Shown one piece after another: positions 27,001 to 42,000 of a stretch of DNA of 64,000 nt. A program made the position numbers and the translations under genes. Every line of letters starts with the position of its first letter. The stretch's first letter is position 1. This DNA is from Lytechinus pictus. Taxonomy: Eukaryota. The notes below the pieces were generated by a model, which saw only the letters and a program-made list of their open reading frames with translations, was not told the DNA's origin and searched no databases. The stretch lies in assembly GCF_037042905.1 (NCBI RefSeq), contig NC_087251.1, forward strand, positions 868,001 through 932,000. The letters run 5' to 3'.

Positions 27001-30000
27001 CTATTGTGAGTGTGAACACATGCATATTCTCTGATGATCCATTCTAAGTGATACTTTACTACTAATCGTCATTTTGTCACGTTTCATAGAAGTGCCTTGG
27101 TAGTGATAGATGTCTTATTGTTGCTCTATACACAGAAGGATAATCAAATTTTAGATGGATGCTTTGAAAAACGACCATCTGCTCAAATGATCAAAACTTT
27201 GATACCGACTTCATTTGTTGTTGTTGAAAAGGTGCAGCTGGTTTTAAAAATTTCAGAAAGTAAAACAATATTTATTTTCTCATTTTAGAAATTAAAAATG
27301 ATTTATCGAACTAGAGATTTTACATATTTCTTCATTTGTGACATATGATTAAACAAGAGTGTCGCTTAGGCGAGCACATAATACGCCCACCTGTAATGCG
27401 GAAAATGGAGTTATTGGTCATGAAGAAAAGTGGAAGGTGACGACTTCACCTTTGACCTTCTGACCTCAAAATCAATAGAATTGCTGGGATCTATGCTAGT
27501 ACCACACACACCAAATTATATGAGCCTAGGTTAAGTTCAACTAAAGTTCTTGCGTTAACAATGACTTCAGAAGGGTAAGATCCTGACCTTTGACCTTTTG
27601 ACCTCAAAATCAATAAGCTTCCTGAGATCCATGCTAGTATCATACACATCAAATTCTATGAGCCTAAGTTAAGTTAAACTGAAGTTATCGCATTTACAAG
27701 GACTGCAGAAGGGCAAGATGAAAATATGTCACTGTGACTTTGACCTTTTGACCACAAAATCAATAGGCTTCCTGGGATCCAAGCTAGTATCATACACACC
27801 ACACTATATGAGCCAAGGTTAAGTTGAACTGAAGTTATCACGTTTAAAAGGTCTGCAGAAGGGTAAGATGAAAATATGTAAGTGACCTTGATCTTTTACC
27901 TTTTGACCTCAAAATCGATAGGCTTCCTGGGATCCATGCAACATGAAGTATCATACACACCAAATTATATAAGCCTACGTTAAGTCAAACTGAAGTTATC
28001 GTGTTTACAAGAAAAAGCTAACGGACGGACACCGAGCGTGATACCACAATAAGACCCGTCTAGGACGGCCATATAAAAAGCAATAACCCTCATATTTCAA
28101 AAGATTCCATTTAGATTACTGTAGTATAATAATATAGAAACAATTTATGTACAATTATTTTTCTATAAATTTTGTTTTAGTTGTTTGTGTAAAACCAAGA
28201 AAAGAGAATAAGCAGCTAATAATACACATTTATTTGTGTATACATTAATGTCAAAAATAAGCAAAAGTCTTAGAACAATAGGATTTTAGAAAATTCCTAT
28301 TTAGACACAAAATTTAATTGAAATAATTATAGGGATGATCCGCACAAAAATCATTACCAAAGCAAATCTACAGTTCTGGGAAAACAAGTTAATTTTTTGC
28401 ATCTCCTTGCATTATTATGGCATCATTACTCAAGATCAAACACTTGATTTGGTTTACATATGTTTTTTTTTCATGCTTAAGTTTATATCGTTGATTACCA
28501 AAATTTAAAACTATTTCAATGTTTACTATCAAATATTTAACATATCTACTTCCTTATCCCAGATGCAGGTGTGACAAACATGGAAACCCAAACCAGATGT
28601 TTACAAGATTCAAGCAACCATTAGATGATGAGTGCTTAGAAAGTGGCATAAAACCAGGTCCAGCTGAAAAGCAAGGACATCATTTTGAGTGAATGGGACC
28701 AAGACCAGCATGACTACCTTTAAAAGTCTCTGATGACAGATACAACCCCATTTCCTATATATAAAAAAAACTTTGTGAGTTTATGTTGTAGGCAAGAATC
28801 AGGAACCAACATATAAAGAGGAAGGGGAATGAGGGTATGCAACAAGTATACAATAGTTTACAGCCACTTGGTTTAACATCAGTTGGTCTAATTCCTCCAG
28901 ATGTAATATAAACTAAACTTCACTTAGTCTAATTGCTCTTTAAAAAGATCAAGTCCACCTCAGAATAATGACTTGAATCAACAGAGAAAAATTAAACAAG
29001 CATAACGCTGAAAATGTCATCAAAATCACAATTGAAGTAAAAAAAGTTATGACATTTTATAGTTTTGCTTATTTTTCATAAAACAGATATACACAACTCA
29101 GTGACATGCAAATGAGAGAATTAATGATTTCCCTCACTATTTCTTTTTTTTATAAATTATACAATATTTCAATTTTTACAGATTAGACAGCGAGGGCCAA
29201 CTTGACAGAACCATTAAGTTTTAAGACAATGGTCATTCCACATGTTCAGGGACGAATAAAACTTTGCTTCACAAGACAATGAGGGGAAAAATAGAATATT
29301 TCATATTTAATACAAAATACAGAAGAAATAGTGAGTGGGTGATGCCATCAGTCTCCTAATTTGCATACAGACCAGGATGTGATAACTGAAATAAAGCAAA
29401 ACTTAAAAATGTCATAACTTTTTTTTATTTTACACCCGATATTAATAAAGTTTTTGGTGTTATGCTTAATTGATTTTTCTCTTTTTATTCAAATAATTTT
29501 TTTGTTGGGGTGGACTTGTCCTTTAATCACTTGGGACATGGAGAAAATTTTGCATTTATGATCAAACGGTCTAATTCTCACTTCATTTATTCTATTTCCC
29601 ACTATGTACAATTGATATGAGGTCTATAATTAGTTAATATCACTAGGGAATATTTGAACAAGTTGGTATGAAGTAAAATGGGCACAACATATGTATCTTG
29701 ATATAGAGTTCAGACGGTAGGCCAATGTTAATATAAAAAATTTGAAAATATTGAATTAGATTTAGTAATTTTTTCAGATATCTTGTCTATCCAGAATCAA
29801 TGTGTTTCTAAAAACTAAAGGAAAAGTGAATAAGCAAAGATTTTTTTGGCAAATTCTGTATAAACTTTGTTCCAAGGGTTAAAATCACTTGTTAGTTATA
29901 TCTTGAATATTGAGACAAATTTCTTGTTTGAATGATGAATAATCTAACAAGTTTATGTCAAAGAGATATTGAGGAACAGTATGGAGGTACTCAGATACTC

Positions 30001-33000
30001 AAATACCTTTAAAATTATTATTTTTGTTATTATTATTTCTAAACATTGTTAGGCAAGAGGGAAAGAAAATTAGATACAGTTGATGCAAGATTTAAAGCTA
30101 GTGATCAATAACTATAACAAATCTTTTGGTGCTAACCCAATGAGTTTTATCATCCCAAATCCTTTGAAATTACATTACATATTGGTTTGATTTAACTATA
30201 ATGCTTAGAAAGGTTGAAGTCTATATGAACTCTGTACAACTATTTATACATTGTAGGAACCAAATGAAAGTCAATTGAATGTAAATACACAGCCATCAAT
30301 ATCTAAATCTCCAATTTTTCAACATCTCTACCTGATTCCTACATTTTCAAGATATACTCAAATTATGAAATTTTATGAGCATAAAAATCCCATCAAATAG
30401 AAGGCAAAGAAATTAACAATGTGGACCCAAGTGATTTTATTATTTCCAAACATGACAATTTGCTCCCATAGATTTTCAAACGTTCCGACATTCCGCAATG
30501 TTCCATAAGTTGTGATTCTTACAAATTGTAGTTGATGCAATTTACTACTGCCATGACACTAGAGAATCTGGGTTAATTTAACAGGGGAGACTCTTAACTT
30601 AGGGCTTGCAAAAAAACTGATTTATTTTATTCTCAGGGGAAATAATAAGCAATTGGGGAAAGGATAAGTTGATTTGTGTGGGCACATGTACAGAGCTTTA
30701 ACATATTAAAGGTTATACCTGTTGAGGTAATGCCATACTACATGTAAATATTAATTTTGGAACAGGTCTATACATAGAGTTTGAAGAAATACAGAAATCA
30801 TCTAATAGTGAATTTTTGGTAAACAAAGTCATATTTTCAACAATAAGTCATCTCTCTGTGAAATGCAATATGTAAAAATGTCTAGGTGATTGCATTATGT
30901 TAATTACAAGGTTGAAGGTATTATCACCTTTAAAAATAGAAGAGATTTATATTTTGTACTTATTTAACCATTTTAAACTATATTTTCCCCCATCATTTAC
31001 ATGTATGGGTAAGAACGACCAAGGTAATATCACCTTTAAAAAATATAAGAGATTTATATTCTGTACTTATCTAACTAAATAAATAAGTGTTTGGTACTGT
31101 ACTCTGATGAGTGCATGTCGAAAAGCTTCAGTATGTCAGTTTTTAAGGCTCTTTTACAACTTATCAAACTATTTTTACTAGATTTCCCCTCCCCCCATCA
31201 TTTATGGGTCAGAATGACCTCCTATTATAGCTTACTCTGTTTTGGATTAATTGTCAAAGGTCTTTTCAAATCTCAATAATGAATTTACATTCTCAACATT
31301 AATTTGTATTTTTTACATAAGTAATATATTGAAAATCAATTGTTCTATGAAACCTGTTTGCTTGATATGAAGAATATATTCTTCTTATTGTATTCAAAAC
31401 ATTTAAAATATCACTTCGTATTATCCTTCTGAGAATGAACTGGTTATAGAATTATTATTCAAAGATGAATGTAACATAACCTTTAAAGATGAGATGAATA
31501 TCATTGAAACATGAGGTTCATCAATTCAGACATTCATTTCCATATGGGAACATGAGGTTCATCAATTCAGACATTCATTTCCATATGGGAACATGTGGTG
31601 ATATCAATAATGGTACTGTGATCCTTCATACTTGCAGTGAAAAAATATGGTGCAGCTTTATTGGTAATAACAGCACAGCAAAATATTTTGATCACAATTG
31701 TTACAAACTAGGGTAAATATTTTCATAAAAGTCTTGAGAGCAGAGAGTAGTCTTGGGTTTCTTTTAAGAATGAGCTTGATTTTCTTATAAATGTGAATGT
31801 TTAATGCATACAGATAAAAAACAAAGTATAAAATTCATCATACAATAATTCTTACAATAAATTACCTTATCAGGTCTGTATAGAAGCTGATATTTGATAT
31901 TGAGAGGTTTTGTGAAACAGGGTCCAGGAGATTGTTACACAAAGCTCAACAATTGATTAAATATAATGATCAATAACCAATGAAGCATAACAAATCAGCC
32001 CTATGACCAACTGGTAAGCTCTGATTTACCGGCCCAACAAGAAAAAATATTAGAAATTTATTAACTCTTTGTACATGGTTTGCCATAGAATTAGCTATAT
32101 TAGTCCAGGATAGGCCCCATAGAAACTTGACCAAACCTTGTTTTTTTATATATACAATATTTTTTGATGGTTTCTTGTCAATTCGAGGGTGCTGATTACG
32201 AATCTTGATGATGCCACTCGTGTAACCTTGAGCATTTTCCGCAAATTGGCAAAATCCAATATGGCCGCCAAAATATTAATAATACCCATGAAAATCCTAA
32301 AATTGTCCGCACATTGGCTATGAAATGCATGAAATCGTGTGGCAGGAGTAAAATACTCTCTGAAAAAAATAATTTTTGACAAAATATTTATTTTCCTGAT
32401 ATTCAAAATGGCCGCCATAGGCCCTTGTATACTCTATTATGTACAATATGAATAGGGAAAACTAATTTTCACAAAAATGAGCACTGAACCGCAAAAAATC
32501 GCGATGTATGAACGAAGTAATGTATGCAAATCATCATTACGAACGAGATATATATCATGTATTATGTCATAATATGGGAACATTGCTGTATTTGATATCT
32601 AAAATAGCCGCCACTGGCCCAAAGAGTATGTACAATGGCAATGGCTGGGGCCAAAAAAATGACAAGAGTGAGCACTAAAATGCATATTATTAAGATAAAA
32701 TTAACGAGTGGAATACTGACTAAAAATAATATGCCATTTATGTGATAAATGCTGTATTTTGAAATTCAAAATGGCCGCCATAGGCCCTATATTTATCATG
32801 TACAATGCGAATGGAGAAACAAATTTTCACACGAGTAAGAAACATAAAATGCATGTAATTGTGATCTACGAGTAAAATAATGTCTGACAACATGTTTTAT
32901 AGCAAGACATATCATTTCTTTTGTCATGCATGAGATAAATGCTGTATTATGAAATTCAAAATGGTCCCTATATACCGTAGGTCCTAACAGTATTATCTAC

Positions 33001-36000
33001 AATACAAATGGGGACATATTATTTTGTAAGAATTTGGATTTGCTTGACTATGACATCCATATAATCCTTTTGTATGAGTAAAATGTTATTTGAAAACTTT
33101 TTTTTAATTATAGCATTTCTTCTGCCATATAGGTGATAAATACTTTATTTTGACATTCAAAATAACCTCTACAAGCCCTAACTAAATTATGTAACATGCG
33201 AATAGGGAAACTAATTCTCACATGAGTGAGAGTCATAAAATGAATATAACTGTGATGTACGAGTAAAAATATTGTCTTAAACATGATTTATAACTGTAAA
33301 TATATCACATATTGGTCATGGAAGTAATAAATGCTGTACTTTGAAATCCAAAATGGCTGCCATAGGTCCTAAAAGTATTGTGTACATTGTAACATGGGAC
33401 ATATAATTTTGACAGAATTTGGCTTTGCTTGACTCTAAATATTGCATATAATTGTGAATTGTGATGTAAGGGTGAAATATTGTCCAAACCCATGGTTTCT
33501 AACGAGATATATCATAATGTTGTGTTGTTGTGTAATTAAGGTAAAAAATGCTGCATTTTTAAATTGAAAATGGCCACCATAGGCCCTTATCGTATAATAT
33601 ACAATTTGAGTGGAGACAAATAATGTTCACATAAAGGGCATATGGCAGCCATTTTGAATGTTGAAATACAGTATTTATCACCTAAATTACATAGGATATG
33701 ATATATTTTGTTATAAATCATGTTTTCAGACAATATTTCACTCATACATCACCATTTAGCCAAGCAAAGCCAAAATCTGTTGAAATAATTTGTTCCCATT
33801 CAGTTTGTGCATAATACCGTAAGGGCCTGTAGCGGCCATTTTGACTTTCCAATAACAGTATTTATCACCTAACTGGCAGAGTACATGATATATCTAAATA
33901 GAAATTATGCTTTCAGACAATATTTTACTCATAGATCACTATTACATGCATTTATGGTGCTCACTCCTGTGAATATTGGTTTCCCACTTTGCATTGTACA
34001 TAATACAGTTAATGTCTATGGCGGCCATTTTGAAAGTCAAAATACAGTATTCAACATAAACTTGAAACCTAAATTATATATTTCGTTAGAAAATTACGTT
34101 TTTAGACAGTATCCCATTAATTTATCACATTATATATGCATTTTAGTGCTCACTCTTGTGATTTCTTTGCTCCTTTTTCTCATTGTGCTTAGTACTTTTA
34201 GGGCCTTTGGCAGCCATTTTGAATATCAAAATACAACGTTCATCACATACATGGCATATTAATAATATATTTCGTTAACAATTATGTTTTTAGTCAGTAT
34301 TCCACTCGTTTATCTTAATAATATGCATTTAAGTGATCACTCTTGTGAATTTTTTGGCCCCCATTGCCATTGTATACGCAATACTGTTTGGGCCAGTGGC
34401 GGCTATTTTAGATATCAAAATACAGCAATGTTCCCATATATGACATAATAAATGATATATCTCGTGAGTAATGATGATTTGCATATATTACTTCGTTCAT
34501 ACATCGCGATTTTTTTGCAGTTTAGTGCTCATTTTTGTGAAAATTAGTTTTCCCTATTCATGTTGTACATAAAAGAGTATACAAGGGCCTGTGGCGGCCA
34601 TTTTGAATATCAGGAAAATAAATATTTTGTCAAAAATTATTTTTTCAGAGAGTATTTCACTCCACACAATTTCATGCATTTCATAGCCAATGTGCAAACA
34701 ATTTTAGGATTTTCATGGGTAATTTGCATATTTTGGCGGCCATATTGGATTTTGCCAATTTGCGGAAAATGCTCAAGGTTACACGAGTGGCATCATTCAG
34801 ATTCGTAATCAGCACCTTCGAATTGACAAGAATTCATAAAAAAATATTGTATATATAAAAAAACAAGGTTATGCCTCTTCTATCCTGGACTATATTTCAT
34901 TGCTCAACTGATTGTCCCCTGTGTTTAAAGGTCAAGTCCACCCCAGAAAAATGTTGATTTGAATCAAGAGAGAAAAATCAAACAAGCATAACGCTGAAAA
35001 TTTTATCAAAATCAGATGTAAAATAAGAAAGTTATGATACTTTAAACTTTGCAAATGAGAGAGTTGATGATGTCCCCCTCACTCACTCTTTCTCTTGTTT
35101 TTTATTGTTTGAATTATATAATATTTCAATTTTTACAGATTTGACCATAAGGACCAACTTGACTGAAACATAAAATGATAAAACAATGGTATTTCCCCAT
35201 GTTCAAGGTGGAAAGAAAACTTTTTTAACAGGAGAATGAGGAAAAATTAGAATATTTCATATTTCATATAATAAATCCAAAGGAAATAGTGACGTCATCA
35301 GTCCCCTCATTTGCATACCAACCAGGATGTGCATATAACTGCTTTGTGAAATTATGCAAAACTTAACAAAAGTGTCGCTAAGGCAAGCACATAATACGCC
35401 CGCCCGTAATGCGGAAAATTTAGTTATTATTCAAGCAAGAAAAGTGGAAGGTGGTGACTTCACCTTTGACCTTCTAACCTCAAAATCAATAGAATTGCTG
35501 GGATCTACATGTATACTAGTATCATAAACACCAAATTATATGAGCCTAGGTTAAGTTCAACAAAAGTTATTGCGTTAACAATGATTTCAGAAGGGAAAGA
35601 TGAAACATGTCACTGAGATCTTAAACCTTTGACCTTTTGACCTCAAAATCAATAGGCTACCTGGGAACCATGCTAGTATCATAAACACTAAATTATATAA
35701 GCCAAGGTTAAGTTAAACTGAAGTTATCGTGTTTACAAGGACTGCAGAAGGGCAAGATGAAAATATGTGACTGTGACCTTGATGACATAATACCTCTCGT
35801 ATATAAATGTCATAACTTTCTTATTTCACATCCGATTTTGATGAAATTTTCAGTGTTACGCTTGTTGGATTTTTTCTTTTTATTCACATCAACATTTTTG
35901 TTGGGGTAGGCTTGTCCTTTAAGTTTGGTGCTGTGGAGGGTAAAAAATGGGCGAGCACCAACACCAAGAGGTCGACACCAAACTTGGAATAACCCACTGG

Positions 36001-39000
36001 AAGGATGAGGATAGCCATAATAAAATTCTAAAGTAGCAAAATATCCGATGGATGAAAAGTACTTAATTATATATCTGGGATTTACCTTCAGCGGATAAGA
36101 CATTAAATGTCTTGATACCATTCATGGCTTCTAAGAAATTGAGGGGCATCTCTTCAACATCTTGGCTGTAAAAAAAGAGAGATAATAAAAAAAAATATTG
36201 ATATACTTAAAGTTAGTCAAGGTTTTCTTTTGCTGAAAGAGAAAATAAGAAGTTTCTTTGCAGAGGTTAGAGGAAATTTAAAATCAAACATAAATGGTTT
36301 TAATACTAATGAATAAATCTACAAGTGGAGCGCCTCTGGCAGTCTCGCCTGCATTATGCGATTCAATATAGCAGCAGTGCTGACTCTGAAAATGACTATA
36401 AATAAAATAATCATTAAAAAAAACACCATTCATATGATAACAAAAATACTACCTTCATTGACAATAAATGACATTTAACCTTGATCATGTGACCTAAGAC
36501 TTGTGCAAGATGATCAGTGATACTTGATTACCCCTATGTCTCCATTTCCTGAACTATATCCATAAACTTTCAAAGTTAAGATGGCAATTCAACAATTATC
36601 CACCAACATGGCCAAAATTCATTGACCTTAAATGACATTTGACCTTGGTCATGTGACCTAAGACTTGTGCAAGATGATCAGTGATACTTGATTAACCCTA
36701 TGTCTACATTTCCTGAACTATATCCATAAACTTTCAAAGTTATGATGGCAATTCAACAATTATCCACCAACATGGCCAAAGTTTAACGCTTAGTGAGAAC
36801 GGTCGAAGCGGTCTTGGAAGCGATCTTCCAAACCACTTTGGAAAACCACCTCGCGATGTAGTTTCAAGATCGCTTTGCCTCGTTAAACTGGTTTTAGCGT
36901 AAGTGAGAACACAACCGTTCTTCGGAAAGCGATCTTCGCACATTTTGAGCGCGCTACTCCACACGACAGGTGTAGAATGCCCATGCTGCGGTTTTGAATT
37001 TCGCGCGAAACGTGTCACCCCACTGAGAGCGTTTCCATAGCAACAAGAGCGCTTTACGTGAAGTGATTTTGAAAACCACATTCGTGTGATCAAGTGGGAA
37101 CACTAGCAAAGCGATCTTCCAAAGTGGTTTCCTGAATCGGTTTCCAGTAAACTAGTTTTAGAAAGCGTAATGAGAACGGCCTCAAAGACATCTGGTAGAT
37201 CCTAGTCTATGCTCTCTCTCCTTTCATCTTCATTTCTGACATCATAACTAGTATAACACACTTTCTTGATTTTCATGCAAAAGTATGCTTACCATGTACC
37301 ACCGTAGATGAGACCATGTGCAATGTCAAACTGTTTGGGTCAGATACTACCACAAGTCCCTGAGAGATGCTTAACATTTAACAAAATGGCAATTTATCCA
37401 CAAATTTTTCTTAGATTTATTTTGGCATAGTGAAAACACACCTATGTGCATATATTCCTATCATAAACATATTACAATATAGAAAGTGAAACTCAAATTT
37501 ATCAAAATTTCAATTGAAAATAGACCCATTTTATTGCATTTTCTGACAAAAACGGATTTCCAACTTTAATACTTCTATAGAAATTCAATACTCTAGCGAT
37601 CAATGGTGAATCCCCTGGGTCATTCCTGAAAATGAAATACTTTATTTTTAGTTTCCTCTTCACAAAATTGCCTAATAAACTGTAGAACCTGTATCGTGGC
37701 ATAAAAAGTTTGAGCTAAGAAAGACCCTTATTTTTCAAGGTGGTACCTGTCAATTTGGTAGTTGAATATTAATAGACCAAGCGATGGCCAGACATATTTT
37801 ATTTGTTATTGACTGGTAGACAGGGTAGTCATTTGGGAGACATCGGAAAATAAATAGAATAAATAAAACTATTTATGAGAAAGGAGCCATTCTTTATCAT
37901 ATCTCCATTTTCTGGTTTTCATTCGATTGAAATACTCAAGGCATGCTCACACAGCCTTCTATTTTAAGCCCATCCATTCTCTCTCTCTCTCTCTCTCTCT
38001 CATATTTTTATATAAAAGGACATTTAGGGGGATCCAATTTCCTGCTGCCTTCAATGTTTGTCAGAAGATATGCTTGTTCTAATTTCTAACTTTTGTCTAT
38101 TCTTCCATTCATTAAAAGGTATTCAGCCAATTTTTTAAATTTTTTATTTATGGCTTACAGCACAAATATCTGAAATATTAAAATTATTTCCATGTGATTT
38201 AGCAGCTGTGGGCCAATAAATCAAATCATATAAGCCTATATTTGTATCTAAAATGTAGTCAGCGTTTTTGTACAGGGAAAATCTGTACTGCTCAAACCAA
38301 AATTACAAGCATGTAGCTGTTTTGCGATATTTTCTCTAATCCTTGGTTTTTGTGTAAAAATAAAGAAACTCAAATTTTAGTTAAGGTGGAGTTCAAACAT
38401 GATTTTACAATTGAGAATAATATGCTATGTATGTAAATATAAAACATGAGAAAAAAAAACAAGAAAATGACAGACATGAATATATATCATCTTTAGCAAA
38501 CAGTAGCTATATTTGTTGTTATATATTTCAAAAACTTAATAACTAGTAAATGTGATTAAAGTAAAGATGAATATGTTAAAGAAAATATCAATTAGCAAAC
38601 ATTAAAAACAAGACAATAGATAGAGAGTTGTGATCATGCAATAACTGTCAGAGGTGTTCCTTTTTTGTGATCTCACTATGGGGTCTGTATACTGTCTTAT
38701 CTGCACCTGACTCTTACCATCATTGCTCTCCAATGGATACCATTCCACATGATAAATCTACTACAGACTTCATTTTGACATCTGATAATTGATTGCTAAA
38801 CACTAGGGTATATCCTCATGACTGGGTTAGAACTGGGTGGAGCTAATAACCAAGTTGATCTATCTAGGGTGTGTGCATGTGACTTAAGTTTATTTGTAAA
38901 AAAAAAAGTTTGCCCAATCAAAATAGCTATGTACAGGGCTATTGGATCAGTTTTTGTGAAAATTAAGTAACTAATTGATATAAATCAATTTGTGAAAGGT

Positions 39001-42000
39001 ACTTTTACCTGATTCCTAAATACCTGTTCATTAATTCACCCTCAATTTCCTCAAAGAATTGATATGAAAATGGTGCACAAATTTAATTGTACATGTATGC
39101 ATACATTCCACAGGGGTAATACTATCATTTGTCTGCAGAATCCAAACTATTTGAGAATTCCAAAATGAGATCTAGTGTACCTATAGTGTGGACTGGGGAT
39201 AGCAGTACTAGAACTGCAAGACCATTCTGCTCTTAAAACTTTCATTATTTCATTTTTCAAGAAACAGTTCGCTAACAATCATCACCTATAGCAAGAGAAG
39301 ACATAAGCAGAGATTATTTTGCCAAAAAATTCACTTTTTGGGATCTCTTATATTGCTGCTTGAACTCTGCTATTTCCATTTCTGAAGCTTGAAAACTTGT
39401 TTCAATGGTAACTGACCATGAAAGATTGACTAGGCATGATCAAGATTGTCATTATTTTCATTTTCATTATTTCCTTTTTTAAGGAGCAGTTAAAGGACAA
39501 GTCCACCCCAACAAAAAGTTGATTTGAATAAAAAGAGAAAAATCAAACAAGCATAACACTGAAAATTTCATCAAAATTGGATGTAAAATAAGAAAGTTAT
39601 AATATTTTAAAGTTTCGCTTAATTTCACAAAACAGTTATATGCACATCCTGGTCAGTATGCAAATGAGGAGACTGATGACGTCATCCACTCACTATTTCT
39701 TTTGTATTTCATTATATGAAATATGAAATATTCTAATTTTCTCCTCATTGTCACATGACACAATGATTAATTCCTGGCTGAACATGTGGAATTAGCATTG
39801 TTTAATACTATATGATTCAGTCAACTTGGTCCTTATTGTAAAATCTGTAAAAAATGAAATATTGTATAATTCAAACAATAAAAAACAAAAGAAATGTGAG
39901 TGATGGACATCATCAAGATTTTCATTATTTTCATTTTCATGATTTCCTTTTTTAAGTAACAGGTAACTTATAATCCGCACCTATAGCAAGAGAAGACATA
40001 AGCAGAGATTATTTTGCCAAAAAAATCACTTTGTGTGATCTATTATATTGCTGCTTGAACTCTGCTATTTCCATTTCTGAAGCTTGAAAACTTGTTTCAA
40101 TGGTAACTGACCGTAAAAGATTGACTAGACATGATCAAGATTTTCATTATTTTCATTTTCATTATTTCCTTTTTTAAGTAACAGTTAACTAATAATCCGC
40201 ACCTATAGCAAGAGAAGACATAAGCAGAGATTATTTTGCCCAAAAATTCACTTTGTGGGATATATTATATTGCTGCTTGAACTCTGCTATTTCCATTTCT
40301 GAAGCTTGAAAACTTGTTTCAATGGTAACTGACCATGAAAGATTGACTAGACATGATCAAGATTTTCATTATTTTCATTTTTATTATTTCCTTTTTTAAG
40401 TAACAGGTAACTAATAATCCGCACCTATGGCAAGAGAAGACATAAGCAGGGATTATTTTGCCAAAAAATTCACTTTGTGGGATATATTATATTGCTGCTT
40501 GAACTCTGCTATTTCCATTTCTGAAGCTTGAAAACTTGTTTCAATGGTAACTGACCATGAAAGATTGACTAGACATGATCAAGATTGTCATTATTTTCAT
40601 TTTCATTATTTCCTTTTTCAAGAAACAGTTAACTAATTATCCGCACCTATAGCAAGAGAAGACATAAGCAGAGATTATTTTGCCAAATAATTCACTTTGT
40701 GTGATCTATTATATTGCTGCTTGAACTCTGCTATTTCCATTTCTGAAGCTTGAAAACTTGTTTCAATGGTAACTGACCGTAAAAGATTGATTAGACATGA
40801 TCAAGATCTCTTGCAACTAACAGCGAAAGATCAATATGGCACCTTCAAGAAAGGAAATCCACTTGGAATGATGGAAGAAAGGTTTAGAAAAATAGTTTAG
40901 TATTTAGAAACTGCTATTTGTAATGTTCAAATCCTTATGCCAGCTTGAAAAGTCATGTTCAAACTGCATTCCGAGTCTCTCAAAGAAATATCATTATTGC
41001 AAACATTGTAGCCTCATCAATCTTTCATTATTATTTTCAAGAGATTCAAAGAGTTCAATACCAGTTCATCATCTTCAGTTGTAGACTTAAACCAGACAGC
41101 TTTACCTTTCTTCATACAAAGGAACATCTTAACCTCCTCCTACGTAAACATTTGAAAGTTCTTTTGAAGGGGTTGGTTTCATGATATTTGTTCATGTTCT
41201 CCCTTTCTCTCATTTCTTTCATAAGGCATGTCTTCATCAGCTCTAGTTCGCTTGATCTTGAAATTCTAACCCTTATTCATTGAAGCCACATCCCTGACCT
41301 GGGGGCTACTTTAAGGGGCAACAAATTCAGGGGAGGCCAAGGGACCGACTACCAAGGGGCCGAGTAGAGGATATATCGCCAGCTGAAGAGGCCAGGACTG
41401 GGCTGACTGCCATAGGCTGAGTGGGGCGTGTCACAGGCTCACAGCCAGACAGACGATGGTTTAGGGGCTCACTTCCGACTTTCTTTATAAAATTAAGTTA
41501 TCCTCATTTGTTTTCAATATATACATATATAAATATATATTATTGAATGCTTATTTACAAACTTTGTAAAACAAAAAACAAATCAAAAGGGAATGGATTG
41601 AGACTTGAGCATTAAATCTGTATAAACTGTAAACATTTTTACACATTCTATTTGTGCGTCAAGTAGTAGTAAATAAACGAAAAAAGGTCACTTCATTTTT
41701 CATTTTTTGTGTGATATCATTAACTTAGGCTGATGGAGATCAGTCTATATTCCAGCTGAGTGAGCTGACAGCAACAAGGAAGAGGAAACATGATTCTAAG
41801 CATTGTTAGGGATACCAAACACCAATCCTATTAAGAGACTCAGAGACGTGTTTGATTGGATCTTGCCCATGGTAAGCTTTTCACACGAATGGAAAATGCA
41901 TTATTGGCCCTTTGAATTACCAAAGATATGATTGAACACAGAAACCCACAATAGCAATGACAAAATTATAATTGCTACAAGATACAACTAAGCTCATTGA

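Noticed and set aside
32146..34808. ORFs in the Academ-like element as transposase remnants
   Set aside because: Short, derived from the internal repeats (MAAIL/GGHFE patterns) and lacking any catalytic motif.
39240..40806. Regularly spaced repeats as a possible CRISPR array
   Set aside because: Whole 222-bp units repeat with no unique spacers, the context is eukaryotic and there are no cas genes.
40930..41280. Coding-like minus-strand stretch as a pseudogene or transposase relic
   Set aside because: Multiple stops and no recognisable domain; cannot be supported without a database search.
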